Below the pieces are notes generated by a model. It was not told the origin of the DNA. It ran no database searches and saw only the letters and a list, made by a program, of their open reading frames with translations. 64,000 nucleotides of DNA from the NCBI GenBank assembly GCA_965218295.1, contig CBDCKN010000003.1:352001-416000 (forward strand). The letters run 5' to 3'. Within the stretch, counting starts at the first letter, position 1, and each line of letters starts with the position of its first letter. The DNA is from Longimicrobiales bacterium. Its GTDB lineage: Bacteria > Gemmatimonadota > Gemmatimonadetes > Longimicrobiales > Gaopeijiaceae. The position numbers and the translations under genes are program-made. This document shows positions 20,455-32,990 of the stretch, in pieces.

Positions 20455-23400
20455 CCCTCTCTGCCAACTTACGTGAGACACAGAGCAGCTAAGGAATTAG
20501 AGTAGGGCGAAGGCAGAGAAACCGAGGATGCTGAGACACCGAGAGAGAATGAAAGAGAATGGAATAGCCCCACCCCTCTCTGCCAACTTACGTGAGACAC
20601 GGAGCAGCTAAGGAATTAGAGTAGGGCGAAGGCAGAGAAACCGAGGATGCTGAGACACCGAGAGAGAATGAAAGAGAATGGAATAGCCCCACCAACCTGG
20701 GACGGTAAGCGAAGCGCGGCAGCTCCTGCGGACTCGGAGGTGGTAGATAGGCCGCTGCGCCGGCGGTTCGCTCCGTCGTACAAGCTGCGGATCGTCGAAG
20801 AAGCGGACCGGTGCACGGAGCCCGGAGAGGTTGGCCGACTCCTACGGCGGGAGGGCTTGTACTCGTCGCACCTGACGACATGGCGCAAGGCGGCGCATAG
20901 CGGGTCCCTGAAAGCGCTGTCGAAGAAACGAGGCCGTAAGCGCGAGCGCAATCCGCTGGAGGAGAAGGTGCGCAAGCTGGAGCGCGAGAACACTCGCCTC
21001 GAGAAGGAGCTCCAGAAGGCGCACTTGATCATCGACGTCCAGGGAAAAGTTGCAGGGCTGCTGGGATTGAGCCTCGAGGACGGGACGAACTCATGAAGGC
21101 GACCCAGGAGCTAGCCAAGCACGTAGGGGTGAAGCCCGCGTGCGATGCGCTCAGGGTGCCGCGAGCCACGTTCTACCGTCGTCGGAGTGCATCGACCGGG
21201 CATCAGCAGCCCCGCCCGACCCCCGCCCGGGCCTTAAGCGAGAAGGAACGAGACAAGGTCTTCGACACGCTGTGTTCGGAGCGGTTCGTGGACCGGTCCC
21301 CAGCCGAGGTGGTGGCGACGCTGCTCGACGAGGACGTCTACCTGTGCAGCGAGCGTACGATGTATCGCGTTCTGGCTTCCCAGGTGCCGGTTCAGGAGCG
21401 TCGAGCGCAGCGGAGTCATCCCAAATACCAGAAGCCCGAGTTGATGGCGAGGGGCCCGAACCAGGTCTGGTCCTGGGATATCACCCGGCTGCTGGGGCCG
21501 AAGAAGTGGAGTTACTTCTACCTCTACGTGATCCTGGACATCTTCAGCCGCTACGTCGTGGGATGGATGGTGGCGGATCGGGAGAACTCTGCCCTGGCCA
21601 GCCGGCTGATCCAGCAGAGTTGCTTGAAGCATGGCGTCCAGCCCCACCTCCTGACCCTGCATTCCGATCGAGGGGCTCCGATGACGAGCCAATGCACGGC
21701 TCAACTACTCGCCGATCTCGGCGTGACCCGCTCGTTGGGCCGACCCCAGGTCTCGGATGACAATCCGTTCTCCGAGGCTCAGTTCAAGACCTTGAAGTAC
21801 CATCCCTCGTTTCCCGGCCGGTTCGGGGATCAGGGGCAAGCCAAGACCTTCTGTCGCTCGTTCTTCCGTTGGTATAATGCCGAGCACCGCCATGGCGGCA
21901 TCTCGATGCTGACCCCCGAACAGGTCCACTTCGGTCACGCCGATCGGATCATCGCCTGCAGGAAGGCCGTGCTCCGTGAGGCATGGGCCGCTCATCCCGA
22001 GCGCTTCGTCTCCGGTGAGCCGAAGCCTAAACCACTCCCGGAGGCCGTCTGGATCAATCCTCCCACCCCATCCCTCACTACACAGGAGATTGCTCTCTAA
22101 TTGATTTCCAAGAGTGTCTCACTGGCGTTGACAGGTTCCGGCTGCGCCGGCGGTTCGCTCCGTCGTACAAGCTGCGGATCGTCGAAGAAGCGGACCGGTG
22201 CACGGAGCCCGGAGAGGTTGGCCGACTCCTACGGCGGGAGGGCTTGTACTCGTCGCACCTGACGACATGGCGCAAGGCGGCGCATAGCGGGTCCCTGAAA
22301 GCGCTGTCGAAGAAACGAGGCCGTAAGCGCGAGCGCAATCCGCTGGAGGAGAAGGTGCGCAAGCTGGAGCGCGAGAACACTCGCCTCGAAAAGGAGCTCC
22401 AGAAGGCGCACTTGATCATCGACGTCCAGGGAAAAGTTGCAGGGCTGCTGGGATTGAGCCTCGAGGACGGGACGAACTCATGAAGGCGACCCAGGAGCTA
22501 GCCAAGCACGTAGGGGTGAAGCCCGCGTGCGATGCGCTCAGGGTGCCGCGAGCCACGTTCTACCGTCGTCGGAGTGCATCGACCGGGCATCAGCAGCCCC
22601 GCCCGACCCCCGCCCGGGCCTTAAGCGAGAGGGAGCGGGACAAGATTTTCGACACCCTGTGTTCGGAGCGGTTCGTGGACCGGTCCCCAGCCGAGGTGGT
22701 GGCGACGCTGCTCGACGAGGACGTCTACCTGTGCAGCGAGCGTACGATGTATCGCGTTCTGGCTTCCCAGGTGCCGGTTCAGGAGCGTCGAGCGCAGCGG
22801 AGTCATCCCAAATACCAGAAGCCCGAGTTGATGGCGAGGGGCCCGAACCAGGTCTGGTCCTGGGATATCACCCGGCTGCTGGGGCCGAAGAAGTGGAGTT
22901 ACTTCTACCTCTACGTGATCCTGGACATCTTCAGCCGCTACGTCGTGGGATGGATGGTGGCGGATCGGGAGAACTCTGCCCTGGCCAGCCGGCTGATCCA
23001 GCAGAGTTGCTTGAAGCATGGCGTCCAGCCCCACCTCCTGACCCTGCATTCCGATCGAGGGGCTCCGATGACGAGCCAATGCACGGCTCAACTACTCGCC
23101 GATCTCGGCGTGACCCGCTCGTTGGGCCGACCCCAGGTCTCGGATGACAATCCGTTCTCCGAGGCTCAGTTCAAGACCTTGAAGTACCATCCCTCGTTTC
23201 CCGGCCGGTTCGGGGATCAGGGGCAAGCCAAGACCTTCTGTCGCTCGTTCTTCCGTTGGTATAATGCCGAGCACCGCCATGGCGGCATCTCGATGCTGAC
23301 CCCCGAACAGGTCCACTTCGGTCACGCCGATCGGATCATCGCCTGCAGGAAGGCCGTGCTCCGTGAGGCATGGGCCGCTCATCCCGAGCGCTTCGTCTCC

Positions 23401-23527
23401 GGTGAGCCGAAGCCTAAACCACTCCCGGAGGCCGTCTGGATCAATCCTCCCACCCCATCCCTCACTACACAGGAGATTGCTCTCTAATTGATTTCCAAGA
23501 GTGTCTCACTGGCGTTGACAGGTTCCG
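20455..23527 (+). mobile_element. IS3-family element copy C (orfB 22480-23487), with copy D inserted in orfA
   Basis: 3-bp TSD CAT (20452-20454 / 23528-23530). Confidence 0.9.
20574..22140 (+). mobile_element. IS3-family element copy D, intact (orfA 20647-21096, orfB 21093-22100)
   Basis: Both ends present; ATGA orfA/orfB overlap; full DDE; about 60 bp of host copy C deleted at the junction. Confidence 0.92.
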
Positions 23528-24346
23528 CATGATCTCCTGTGCGAGGTGGGGGGCTCAGTCAGCAGAAGAAGGTCGTCGAACGACATGCGCGACCAGGAGC
23601 TCACCCCGTGGATCCTGAACCTCAAGCGACATGGCGCCACGCCTCACCTGTGCGAAGCATCGCGTGCACCGCACGAGCGAGCTTGCGTGCGGTGGCGATG
23701 CGAGCGACACGCCAATCGAGCCGATCCTTGAGCCGGTCGTAGTACTGGCTGAGCCAGCTATCGGGAGATCGGCCATGATGGATGACGACGGTCTGGACGA
23801 AGGCATTACGGAGCCAGCGGTTGGCACCGGCCGGGATCGGCCCGTAGCGGACGGTCATCCCGGAACGAGAGGAACGAGGAGCGAGTCCTGCATAGCTCAC
23901 GAGGTGCTTCGGGCCTCGGAAGCGCTCGATCGGCAGGGTCTCGGTGGCGATCAAGAGGGCGCGGTAGGGTCCGATGCCGGGAACCGTGCGAAGGAGTTCG
24001 ACGGCCGGGATCTCGCGGCCGACCTCGAGGATGCGACGGTCGAGCGACTTGATCATGTCCTTGAGTTCGTCTGCGATGCGCTCATGCGTGCAGATGAGTC
24101 GTTGCTGCTCGGGCCCCATGCGGGGCCAGGCGATGGTATGGACCCAGCCACGTCCCTCGGCGGTGAGCACCTATAAAGCGGACCCGGTCAATAGGACGCA
24201 CGCCACCTAGGGCCTGCGCGAGCAGGCCATCGTAGGTGTTCCTCAGATCCTTCAGCATCCCCAAGTCTCCTGCGGCGTGATGTTGAGAAGTGGTTGGATC
24301 ACGCGACCGATCGAAGGCGAGTCTTGTCAGGGACTCGAGCACCTAT

Positions 24347-25724
24347 GAGGTTGGGTCAATAGGTGTGTAAACGTATTAGGCGGCGTTCTTCCGCTGTTGG
24401 TGTGAGACGGGCTTTCCGTCTTCGAACTTTCTTCCTTCAAATACGTCCTTGAGGAGGTGAGGAGCGTCGAGCCTTCGGAACCGCTTCTCAGCCACCAAGA
24501 GCAACTTCCAGATTAGCGCCGTAGCGCTCTCGACCCGCTTGAACCGCTTCGCTGCTGTCGTCCTGAGCCGTACCGCAGCGAACGGGCTCTCGACCACGTT
24601 CGTCGTGCGTAGATGCTTCCAGTGGTCCTCGGGGAAGTCGTAGAACGCTACCATCCGCTCCCAGTCGTCCTCGAGTACGTCCACTGCTTTCGGATACCAC
24701 GGCCTATAGCGTCGGGCGAACACCTCGCGGGCCTTCAGGGCCTCGGCCCGGCTCGGTGCGTAGACCACGGCCCGGAGAAGATCCTTCGCCTCGCCCTGCT
24801 CCCGCTGAGGTAGTCGGTCCAGCACGTTCCTCATCTTGTGGTTCCAGCACCGTTGCTCGCCCGCCTCAGGCCATACCTGCCGTACTGCGCCCCAGATCGC
24901 CGCGTTGCCGTCCGCCATCAAAAGCCGGGGCGCCTCGATGCCGCGTGCCTTCAGATCCCGCAACACCTCCGACCAGGACTCGACCGACTCTCGGTAGCCC
25001 GATCTCAGGGCCAACACCTCCTTCGTCCCGTCTCGCATCGCGCCCAGCACCACCAGTAGCGCCGCCTTGTCCCGCTCGAGCCCTGCCTTCACGTAGATCC
25101 CGTCCGCCCATACGTAGACGACCTCACGGCCCTCCAGGCGACGCTGGCTCCATTCCTCGAACTCCGCCGTCCATCCCGCCCGCAGTCTCCGAATCGAAGA
25201 CTTCGACAGCGGTGCCCCCTCGCCTAGCAGTCCCCGCATCGCCAGCTCGAAGTCTCCCTCTGCCAGTCCGTGCAGATACAGCTCCGGAAGCAGAGCGCCC
25301 AGCTCCTTCGTCCGCCTCGCGAACAACGGCAGCACCCGACTCTCGAACCGCTCCTCGACGCCCCGAACCCGAGGGCGTCGGAGTGTGATCGTGCCCGAGC
25401 TCATCGCCAGCCGCCTCGGCTTGCCGTATCCGTTGCGGTAGCCCTCGGTCGCGTCCACCACCCTCCTGCGCTCTGACTTCTCTCGCCCTAGCAACTCCGT
25501 GACTTCCTCCTCCAAGATCTGTTGAATGAACTCCTGCGCCTTCTCCCGAACCACTTCTTCCAGAACTTCCCACACGGGCGTCCTGGACTCACCCTCGGGT
25601 CCCACCGTATTCTTCCTCACGAGGCGTCGTTCCTTTCCCCCGGGCTGTCACCCGGAGTTCGCTGGTTATTACTCAGCGGAAAGGTACGTCGCCTCTCTTT
25701 TTACACACCCTTTGATCCTAGCTC
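24347..25724 (-). mobile_element. IS256-family element copy 1 (transposase 24376-25620)
   Basis: IRs GAGGTTGGGTCAATAGGTGTGTAAA / GAGCTAGGATCAAAGGGTGTGTAAA; 8-bp TSD GCACCTAT; YRNGY, WADGIY, QRCWNHK, RTTNVVES. Confidence 0.95.
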
Positions 25725-25858
25725 GCACCTATTCGGGGTTCGGCCTCTGTAGCGTGGCACGTCCCATGATCTCCTGTGTGAGGTGGGGGGCTCAGTCAGC
25801 AGAAGAAGGTCGTCGAACGACATGCGCGACCAGGAGCTCACCCCGTGGATCCTGAACC
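25725..25858 (-). ncRNA. Predicted bridge/seek RNA of the IS1111-type element: target-binding loop 25785-25844 (second copy 23548-23607)
   Basis: Internal loop with guides GUCGCGCA and UUCUGCUG around hairpin GUCGU-UCG-ACGAC; both guides match the insertion site 8/8. Confidence 0.75.
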
Positions 25859-26878
25859 TCAAGCGACATGGCGCCACGCCTCACCTGTGCGAAGCATCGC
25901 GTGCACCGCACGAGCGAGCTTGCGTGCGGTGGCGATGCGAGCGACACGCCAATCGAGCCGATCCTTGAGCCGGTCGTAGTACTGGCTGAGCCAGCTATCG
26001 GGAGATCGGCCATGATGGATGACGACGGTCTGGACGAAGGCATTACGGAGCCAGCGGTTGGCACCGGCCGGGATCGGCCCGTAGCGGACGGTCATCCCGG
26101 AACGAGAGGAACGAGGAGCGAGTCCTGCATAGCTCACGAGGTGCTTCGGGCCTCGGAAGCGCTCGATCGGCAGGGTCTCGGTGGCGATCAAGAGGGCGCG
26201 GTAGGGTCCGATGCCGGGAACCGTGCGAAGGAGTTCGACGGCCGGGATCTCGCGGCCGACCTCGAGGATGCGACGGTCGAGCGACTTGATCATGTCCTTG
26301 AGTTCGTCTGCGATGCGCTCATGCGTGCAGATGAGTCGTTGCTGCTCGGGCCCCATGCGGGGCCAGGCGATGGTATGGACCCAGCTACGTCCCTCGGCGG
26401 TGAGCAACCGACCGCGGGGCAGGCAGAAGCCCAGAGAGTGGAGCTCGGCATGAATGCGCGACGCCGAGGAGGTCCGCATCCGGACGAGTCGGGCCCGGTG
26501 CCGGACGAGGGTGGCCTGCTCGCGTTGGCTGATGGGTTTGCAGTAGACCTCAGGGATGAGGCGCACGAGTTGCATGCGAGCGAGCAGCGTGGCGTCGATC
26601 GCATCGTTCTTGTAGTTGGCCTCGGCGATCGCACGCAGCTTCTTCGCGTGGGCGAGCACGAAGCGACAATCCGGTCCGTTGAGCAACTCGTATAGCCAGG
26701 GCCAGGACGGACTCGTCTCGACGACGACCTCGAGCGGCCGATAGGCATTCAGCAGCTCAACGAGCCGGTCGGACTCGGTGTTGCGGATGCGGAGCGGCTT
26801 TTGGACGAACGCTCCGTCATTGCTCACGACCGCGACGACGAGGTACGTTGCGTGAGCATCGATTCCTGCGACATACAT
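25859..26878 (-). CDS. IS110-family (IS1111 group) recombinase
   Basis: GIDAH, VVET, KNDAIDA (DEDD RuvC-like), VPGIG, SYAGLAP...SG Tnp domain. Confidence 0.95.
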   Translation of the reverse strand: MYVAGIDAHATYLVVAVVSNDGAFVQKPLRIRNTESDRLVELLNAYRPLEVVVETSPSWPWLYELLNGPDCRFVLAHAKKLRAIAEANYKNDAIDATLLARMQLVRLIPEVYCKPISQREQATLVRHRARLVRMRTSSASRIHAELHSLGFCLPRGRLLTAEGRSWVHTIAWPRMGPEQQRLICTHERIADELKDMIKSLDRRILEVGREIPAVELLRTVPGIGPYRALLIATETLPIERFRGPKHLVSYAGLAPRSSRSGMTVRYGPIPAGANRWLRNAFVQTVVIHHGRSPDSWLSQYYDRLKDRLDWRVARIATARKLARAVHAMLRTGEAWRHVA

Positions 26879-26969
26879 GATGGCCTCCTGGTGGTTGGCA
26901 GCCGCAGGTTACTTGGGGAAGTGCCAGCGTAGTGCGCCGGCCGTTGGGAGGCCATCCGCTTTATAAGGT

Positions 26970-26993
26970 CAGCAGAATCGCGAGACGTTAGGA
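26970..26993 (+). other. attC: attC 3' part (L', R' GTTAGGA)
   Basis: CAGCAGAATCGCGAGAC-GTTAGGA; joins 20165-20242 to give an ~100-bp attC. Confidence 0.88.
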
Positions 26994-27027
26994 AGCACTT
27001 ATCCCACCGAAAATCTGGCAGCACTAC

Positions 27028-28254
27028 GTGAAGAAGTTGCGGAGCAGAAACCCGTGGGGATTTAGGGTCGCCTTCTGGGCTTGCCTGACGCTTGTGGCAT
27101 GCGCCCCGAGTGGCGAACCGGACCGAAGGGGTGGTGACGATGCCAACCAAGCAGCGGCGTATGGGCACCCGGATAGCGTACTCTTCTGGACCCCGGAGCA
27201 GCAGCTCGCCGGGTTCCCGAACTACGACCGAATCTTCGAAACCCGAGCGATTCCGGCCGGCTCTGACCCCTTTCCGCTCCCTCGGCGGTTGCGAGATTTT
27301 AGTGGGCTCAGCTACAAGGTCGAAGAAAGAAGCTACGATCTTGAGGCTTTCTTAGAGCATAATCGGGTCGCGGGTCTCCTCGTTCTCAAAGAAGGCTCGA
27401 TCGTCCTGGAGGAGTACCGACTCGGCCACAGACCTGAGACGCTGTGGGTCTCGTACTCGGTGGCGAAGTCCGTCGTTTCATTGCTCATAGGCGCCGCGAT
27501 CCGCGACGGCTACATCAACGGCATCGGCGAACCCGTTACGCAGTATCTCCCGGTCCTGCGCGGCACTTCATACGAGGGCGTGACGATCGGCCATGTCCTA
27601 CAGATGGCCTCGGGCGTGGAGTGGAACGAGGACTACACTGATCCCACCGCCGACGTCAGCCTCGAAATCGGCATGACCAACCAAGAGCGGCTGAGCTTTC
27701 TGAGCAGCAAGAAGCGCCTAGTCGACCCAGGTGTTCGCTTCAACTACAACACCGGTGAGACGCACCTCGCAGGAGCGGTACTGGGGGCCGCGATCGGAAA
27801 CCACCTGGCGACATACCTTGGCTCGAAGATCTGGCAGCCGTTCGGTATGGAGCACGACGCCAACTGGAGGCTCGTTGAGCCGGGAGGCGCGGAGCACGGC
27901 GGTTGCTGCATCAGCGCGACGCTCCGTGACTACGGCCGACTCGGCATGTTTGCACTTCGAGCGGGTACACTACGCAATGGCGACCAGACCCTCCCTCCGG
28001 GCTGGATGGACGCGTCCAAGGCCCCGTCCGCAGGGAATCCAGGCTATGGCTACCTCTGGTGGCTCGGCGACGGTCAGTCGTACGCGGCAAGAGGAATCTT
28101 CGGGCAAGGGATCTTCATCGATCCCTCGGACAACGTCGTGATCGTCACGCACAGCGCGTGGCCCGTCCCGACCGGGACGGAGTTCTCAGCGCACAGAGAC
28201 GCACTGGTCGCTGCGCTGAAACAAACCCTGAATGAGACGGGGGCCGACGAGTAG
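27028..28254 (+). CDS. Serine hydrolase, beta-lactamase class C / NylB-like, predicted lipoprotein (cassette gene)
   Basis: LVAC lipobox, SVAK (SxxK), FNYNTG, GYGYLWW, GIFGQ; starts ~40 bp after the attC GTT. Confidence 0.88.
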   Translation: MKKLRSRNPWGFRVAFWACLTLVACAPSGEPDRRGGDDANQAAAYGHPDSVLFWTPEQQLAGFPNYDRIFETRAIPAGSDPFPLPRRLRDFSGLSYKVEERSYDLEAFLEHNRVAGLLVLKEGSIVLEEYRLGHRPETLWVSYSVAKSVVSLLIGAAIRDGYINGIGEPVTQYLPVLRGTSYEGVTIGHVLQMASGVEWNEDYTDPTADVSLEIGMTNQERLSFLSSKKRLVDPGVRFNYNTGETHLAGAVLGAAIGNHLATYLGSKIWQPFGMEHDANWRLVEPGGAEHGGCCISATLRDYGRLGMFALRAGTLRNGDQTLPPGWMDASKAPSAGNPGYGYLWWLGDGQSYAARGIFGQGIFIDPSDNVVIVTHSAWPVPTGTEFSAHRDALVAALKQTLNETGADE

Positions 28255-28277
28255 TGTTCGGACCCTGCGTGCTTCTC

Positions 28278-29383
28278 GGGATCAACTTTGAAGTGCAACA
28301 GGGGCTAGGCTTTTGAGTTGAGTTCATAACAATCCTTGGGGGTGAGGAAGCCGAGTCGTTTACGAGGTCGGTTGTTGAGTTTGTGAGCGATGCGGTTGCA
28401 AGCATGCTGGGTGATGTGAGCCATGCTGGTACGCTTCGGCAGATACTGACGGATCAGGCCGTTCGTGTTCTCGCTGGTCCCCCTTTCCCAAGAGTGGTAG
28501 GGGGTGGCGAAGTAGAATTTCGATCCGGTTTCTGCTTCGATCGCCCCATAGCCGTGGAACTCAGTTCCGTTGTCGGCCGTGATGGTGTGAGTGGGGCGAG
28601 CGGCAGTCTTGATCAGACGAACGGCTCGACGGTTCGTAGCCTCGACGGTACGAGCCTCGAGCTTGCCGATCATCACGTAGCCCGTCTTACGATCGACGAA
28701 GGTGAGGACGCAGTGCTTGTCGGAGCTGGTACCGATCACGGTATCGGCTTCGAGGTGGCCGACTCGGCTTCGGTTCTGTGCACCAGCTGGGCGCTCAGAT
28801 ATCGGCCGTTTGCCGGCCAACCGACCTCGGGAATCATAGGATCCGTACCGTTTTCGGCGTTGCTTGGGCGAACAGCGCAGATGCAGATACAGGCGGCCAC
28901 CGCGCTTTCGGTCGCGCCAGATGTGGCGGTAGATGGTCTCGTGGCTGATCGAGAGCCGAGCCTTGCGCCGTAACCAGCCTGCGGCTTGCTCAGGGCTCCA
29001 CTGTTGCCTGAGGCACGCCTCCACCATTCGCCAGTCCGATGCACCGAAGCGCTCATTGCGGCGCGATCTGCCTCGTCTCCACCGGGCGTAGTCATCGGCC
29101 AGGTCCGGTCGATAGGCCCGGCCCTGACGATCCTTCGAGTTGCGGCGCACCTCACGGCTGATCGTACTTCGATGTCGGCCCAGTGCTCGAGCGATCGCAG
29201 CTTGGTTGCATCCTTGTTTTCTGAGCGCAGAGAGCGCATATCGCTCACCAGAGGTGAGCTGGCGATACCCTGTTCATGAACTTCCTCCTTTTCGTCGAGA
29301 AGGAAGGTCTAGGGCGTCCCAGCTCGCCTCAACTTCTTTGTGGAGTTCGGTCGGGTGGTTTGTTGCACTTACTATATGAATCC
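28278..29383 (-). mobile_element. IS30-family element copy 2 (transposase 28305-29277, extra C near the start)
   Basis: Both IRs present; HLEADTV, DNGTEF, PYHSWERGTSENTNGLIRQY, LNNRPRKRLG. Confidence 0.93.
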
Positions 29384-31733
29384 TGAACAGCGCACCTGAT
29401 GGTTGACACAATGGTGCCAGCTGATGGTTAACAGATTGGGTTACGTCCTGTGTTGCCGTGGGTGTCGAAAATGACGAAGAGTTCTTCGTCAAACCACCCG
29501 AGGGTAATGGGTCCGAAGTAGATTTGCCACAGAGCGGGACCGATGGGTTCGAGCCCGATGAACTCGTTGCCGAGCGCCGAGCTGATGTTGATCCAACGCG
29601 AGTGCCAGCGGATGCCTCCGTTCGTAGAGACCTTACGGACCTCGAAGTGCTCGGGGTATTCGATAGGCGGAAGGACATCGGGGTAGGCTCTAAGAGCCGA
29701 TCGGTAGACTGAATCGGGCGTCGCATCGTCGAGCGCCTCATGCGGCCGGATGGAATTGAAGGTGCGGCGGAAGTGGTTGAAGTGACGCTGCTGGGCACGG
29801 AGTGTACAGAGATGGTAATGACCTGACAGTTGGCCCTCGCCGGAGCTGTGTCTAGGCTGCCTTCGTCTTAGCCTCCTCCTTCCTGGCCTTTGCGGCCTTC
29901 CTGGCGTCGGTGAGACCGGCCTTGAAGACCTGATAGGGCGTGCGGCCCTCCATGGCTCGACCGCGGTGCGGCCGCTTCCGGTTGTAGGTCTCCAGATACG
30001 CCTCGAGGTCCTGCTGCATCTCCTCGACGGTCTCGTACCAGGTGGTGCGGCCCTTCACCCTCAAGTGCTCGTCGAGGAGCGTGCGGTGGAAGCGCTCGAT
30101 GAAGCCGTTGGACTGGGGCCTGCCCACCTTCGTCGTGCGGTGCTCGATGTCCTCGAGCTGAAGGAACAGCTCATATGGGTGACGGTCCGGACGGCCGCAG
30201 AACTCGCGGCCGTTGTCGCTGAGCACGGTCTTCACCCGGACCCGGTGCTCATCGAAGAACGGCAACACGTCGTTATTCATCACCTGCACCGCCGTGAGCG
30301 GGAGCTTGCTCGTGTAGAGCCGGCCCCAGGCGTAGCGGCTGAAGCAATCGAGCACGGTCTGCAGGTACACCTTGCCGACCCCCTTCAGCGTTCCGACGAA
30401 GAACGTGTCCACGGCGACGAGGTCGCCCGGGTAATGGACTTCGATGTGGCGCTCCCGGAACTCGGGACTGAAGCGCTCCAGCAGCTCGATCTGCTCGTCG
30501 GTCAGCTTCAGCTTCCGTTCCCTGGCCGTCTCTTCGAGCCTGAGCAGCCGTTCGTGCTTCGTGGTGAGGCCATGCCGGCTCCACACGCCCCGTACGCCTC
30601 CTGAGCTCACCTGGATCCCTCCGAGCAGCAACTCGTCCGCGACCCGCTGAGCTCCGTGCGTCGGAGCCTCCAAGGCGTGGGCCAAGACCGCCTGCTCAAT
30701 CTCTTCACTCACCCGGTTCGGGTGCGGTCCCTTCGGCCCCGGAAGCTGGTCGATCAGCCCCTCGGCCCCGTAAAGCTGGAAGTTCCTCCTGATCTCGTAG
30801 AACTGCTGCCGGCTGTAGCCCACGATCTTGCACGCCTTGCTCACGTTGCCGAGCTCCTGGGCCAACTGTAGCAGGCTCAGCTTGCGGCGCGCTATCTTCT
30901 CCCCCTGGACGGTGGTCATCTTCTCTCCCGTGCTAAGTGAGTGACTTCGACATCTCTCAATTAGCTCCGGCGAGGGCGGCTGGCCACCGTCCTCTCTCGT
31001 GGTCAACTGTCAGGTGAATACCGTCTCAGCACACCCGGAGGTTGGCCTTCGGCGGCCGAGTGGCTTCGCGCTTGAGGGTTCGGTGCATGCGTTCGTGACG
31101 GCCATTCTGCTGCGGCTTACCAGGCTCGATGGTCTCAGGACGGATGCCGAGCCGGATCCACCAAGCGCTGAGGCGTGTGAGCCGAGCGAGGCCGATGGAA
31201 GCGAAGGGCGTGCCGTTGTCGGAGCGGATGACGGCGGGAACGCCGAACTCACGGAAGACCTTGATGAATACGGGCTTGGCGAGCTCGATCGACGTGGAGT
31301 ACAGCCCTCTGCACTCGAGCAGGAATCGGCTGAAACCGTCCTGGATGGTAAGGGGATAGCAGTAGCGGCCGTTGAGCATCTTGAACTGGCCTTTGAAGTC
31401 GACCGTCCAGACCGCATTGGGCTCGTCCATGGGGGTGAGTGGCTTACCGGGATGGCCCGGCTTACCGGAGCGTCGGCGCTTCTTCGTGATCAGGTCGTGA
31501 CGCTCGAAGATACGGTCGATCGTCCTGCGAGCTGGTGCCTCGCCGAACTTCTCAGCTGTGAGTTTACGGATCTTGCGTGATCCCCACCCGTAGCGCTGAC
31601 GCAGATCCACGACGTGTTCCACGACACCTTCCGCTACGGCATGCGGGCAGTGGTGGGGCCGGTGAGAGCGGTCGTGGAGTCCCTCGAATCCCTCCGCGAG
31701 GAACCGTGTCCACCACTTGTATCCGGCGGCCCT
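29384..31733 (-). mobile_element. IS481 type A copy 2, interrupted by IS481-B and 5'-truncated against a half attC
   Basis: Matches 12455-13567. Confidence 0.88.
29803..31033 (-). mobile_element. IS481 type B copy 2 (transposase 29852-30919)
   Basis: Same length (1231 bp) and protein as copy 1; TSD CACGGAG/CCCGGAG. Confidence 0.93.
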
Positions 31734-32968
<1,235 letters not shown>

Positions 32969-32990
32969 ACGGCAGACACGAAGAGGAAGC

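Larger units (their letters stand above)
20243..24169 (-). mobile_element. IS1111-type (IS110 family) element copy 1: right-end non-coding region plus 3' half of transposase, interrupted by IS3 copies C/D
   Basis: Sub-terminal IR TATAAAGCGGA at 20245-20255; 23528-24169 nearly identical to copy 2. Confidence 0.85.
24170..26969 (-). mobile_element. IS1111-type element copy 2 (right-end non-coding region interrupted by IS256)
   Basis: Sub-terminal IRs TATAAAGCGGA / TCCGCTTTATA (26955-26965); CA core at both junctions; long non-coding region 3' of the transposase. Confidence 0.9.

Noticed and set aside
27028..28254. Antibiotic-resistance beta-lactamase
   Set aside because: Motifs fit the wider serine hydrolase / NylB-like family; resistance is not supported
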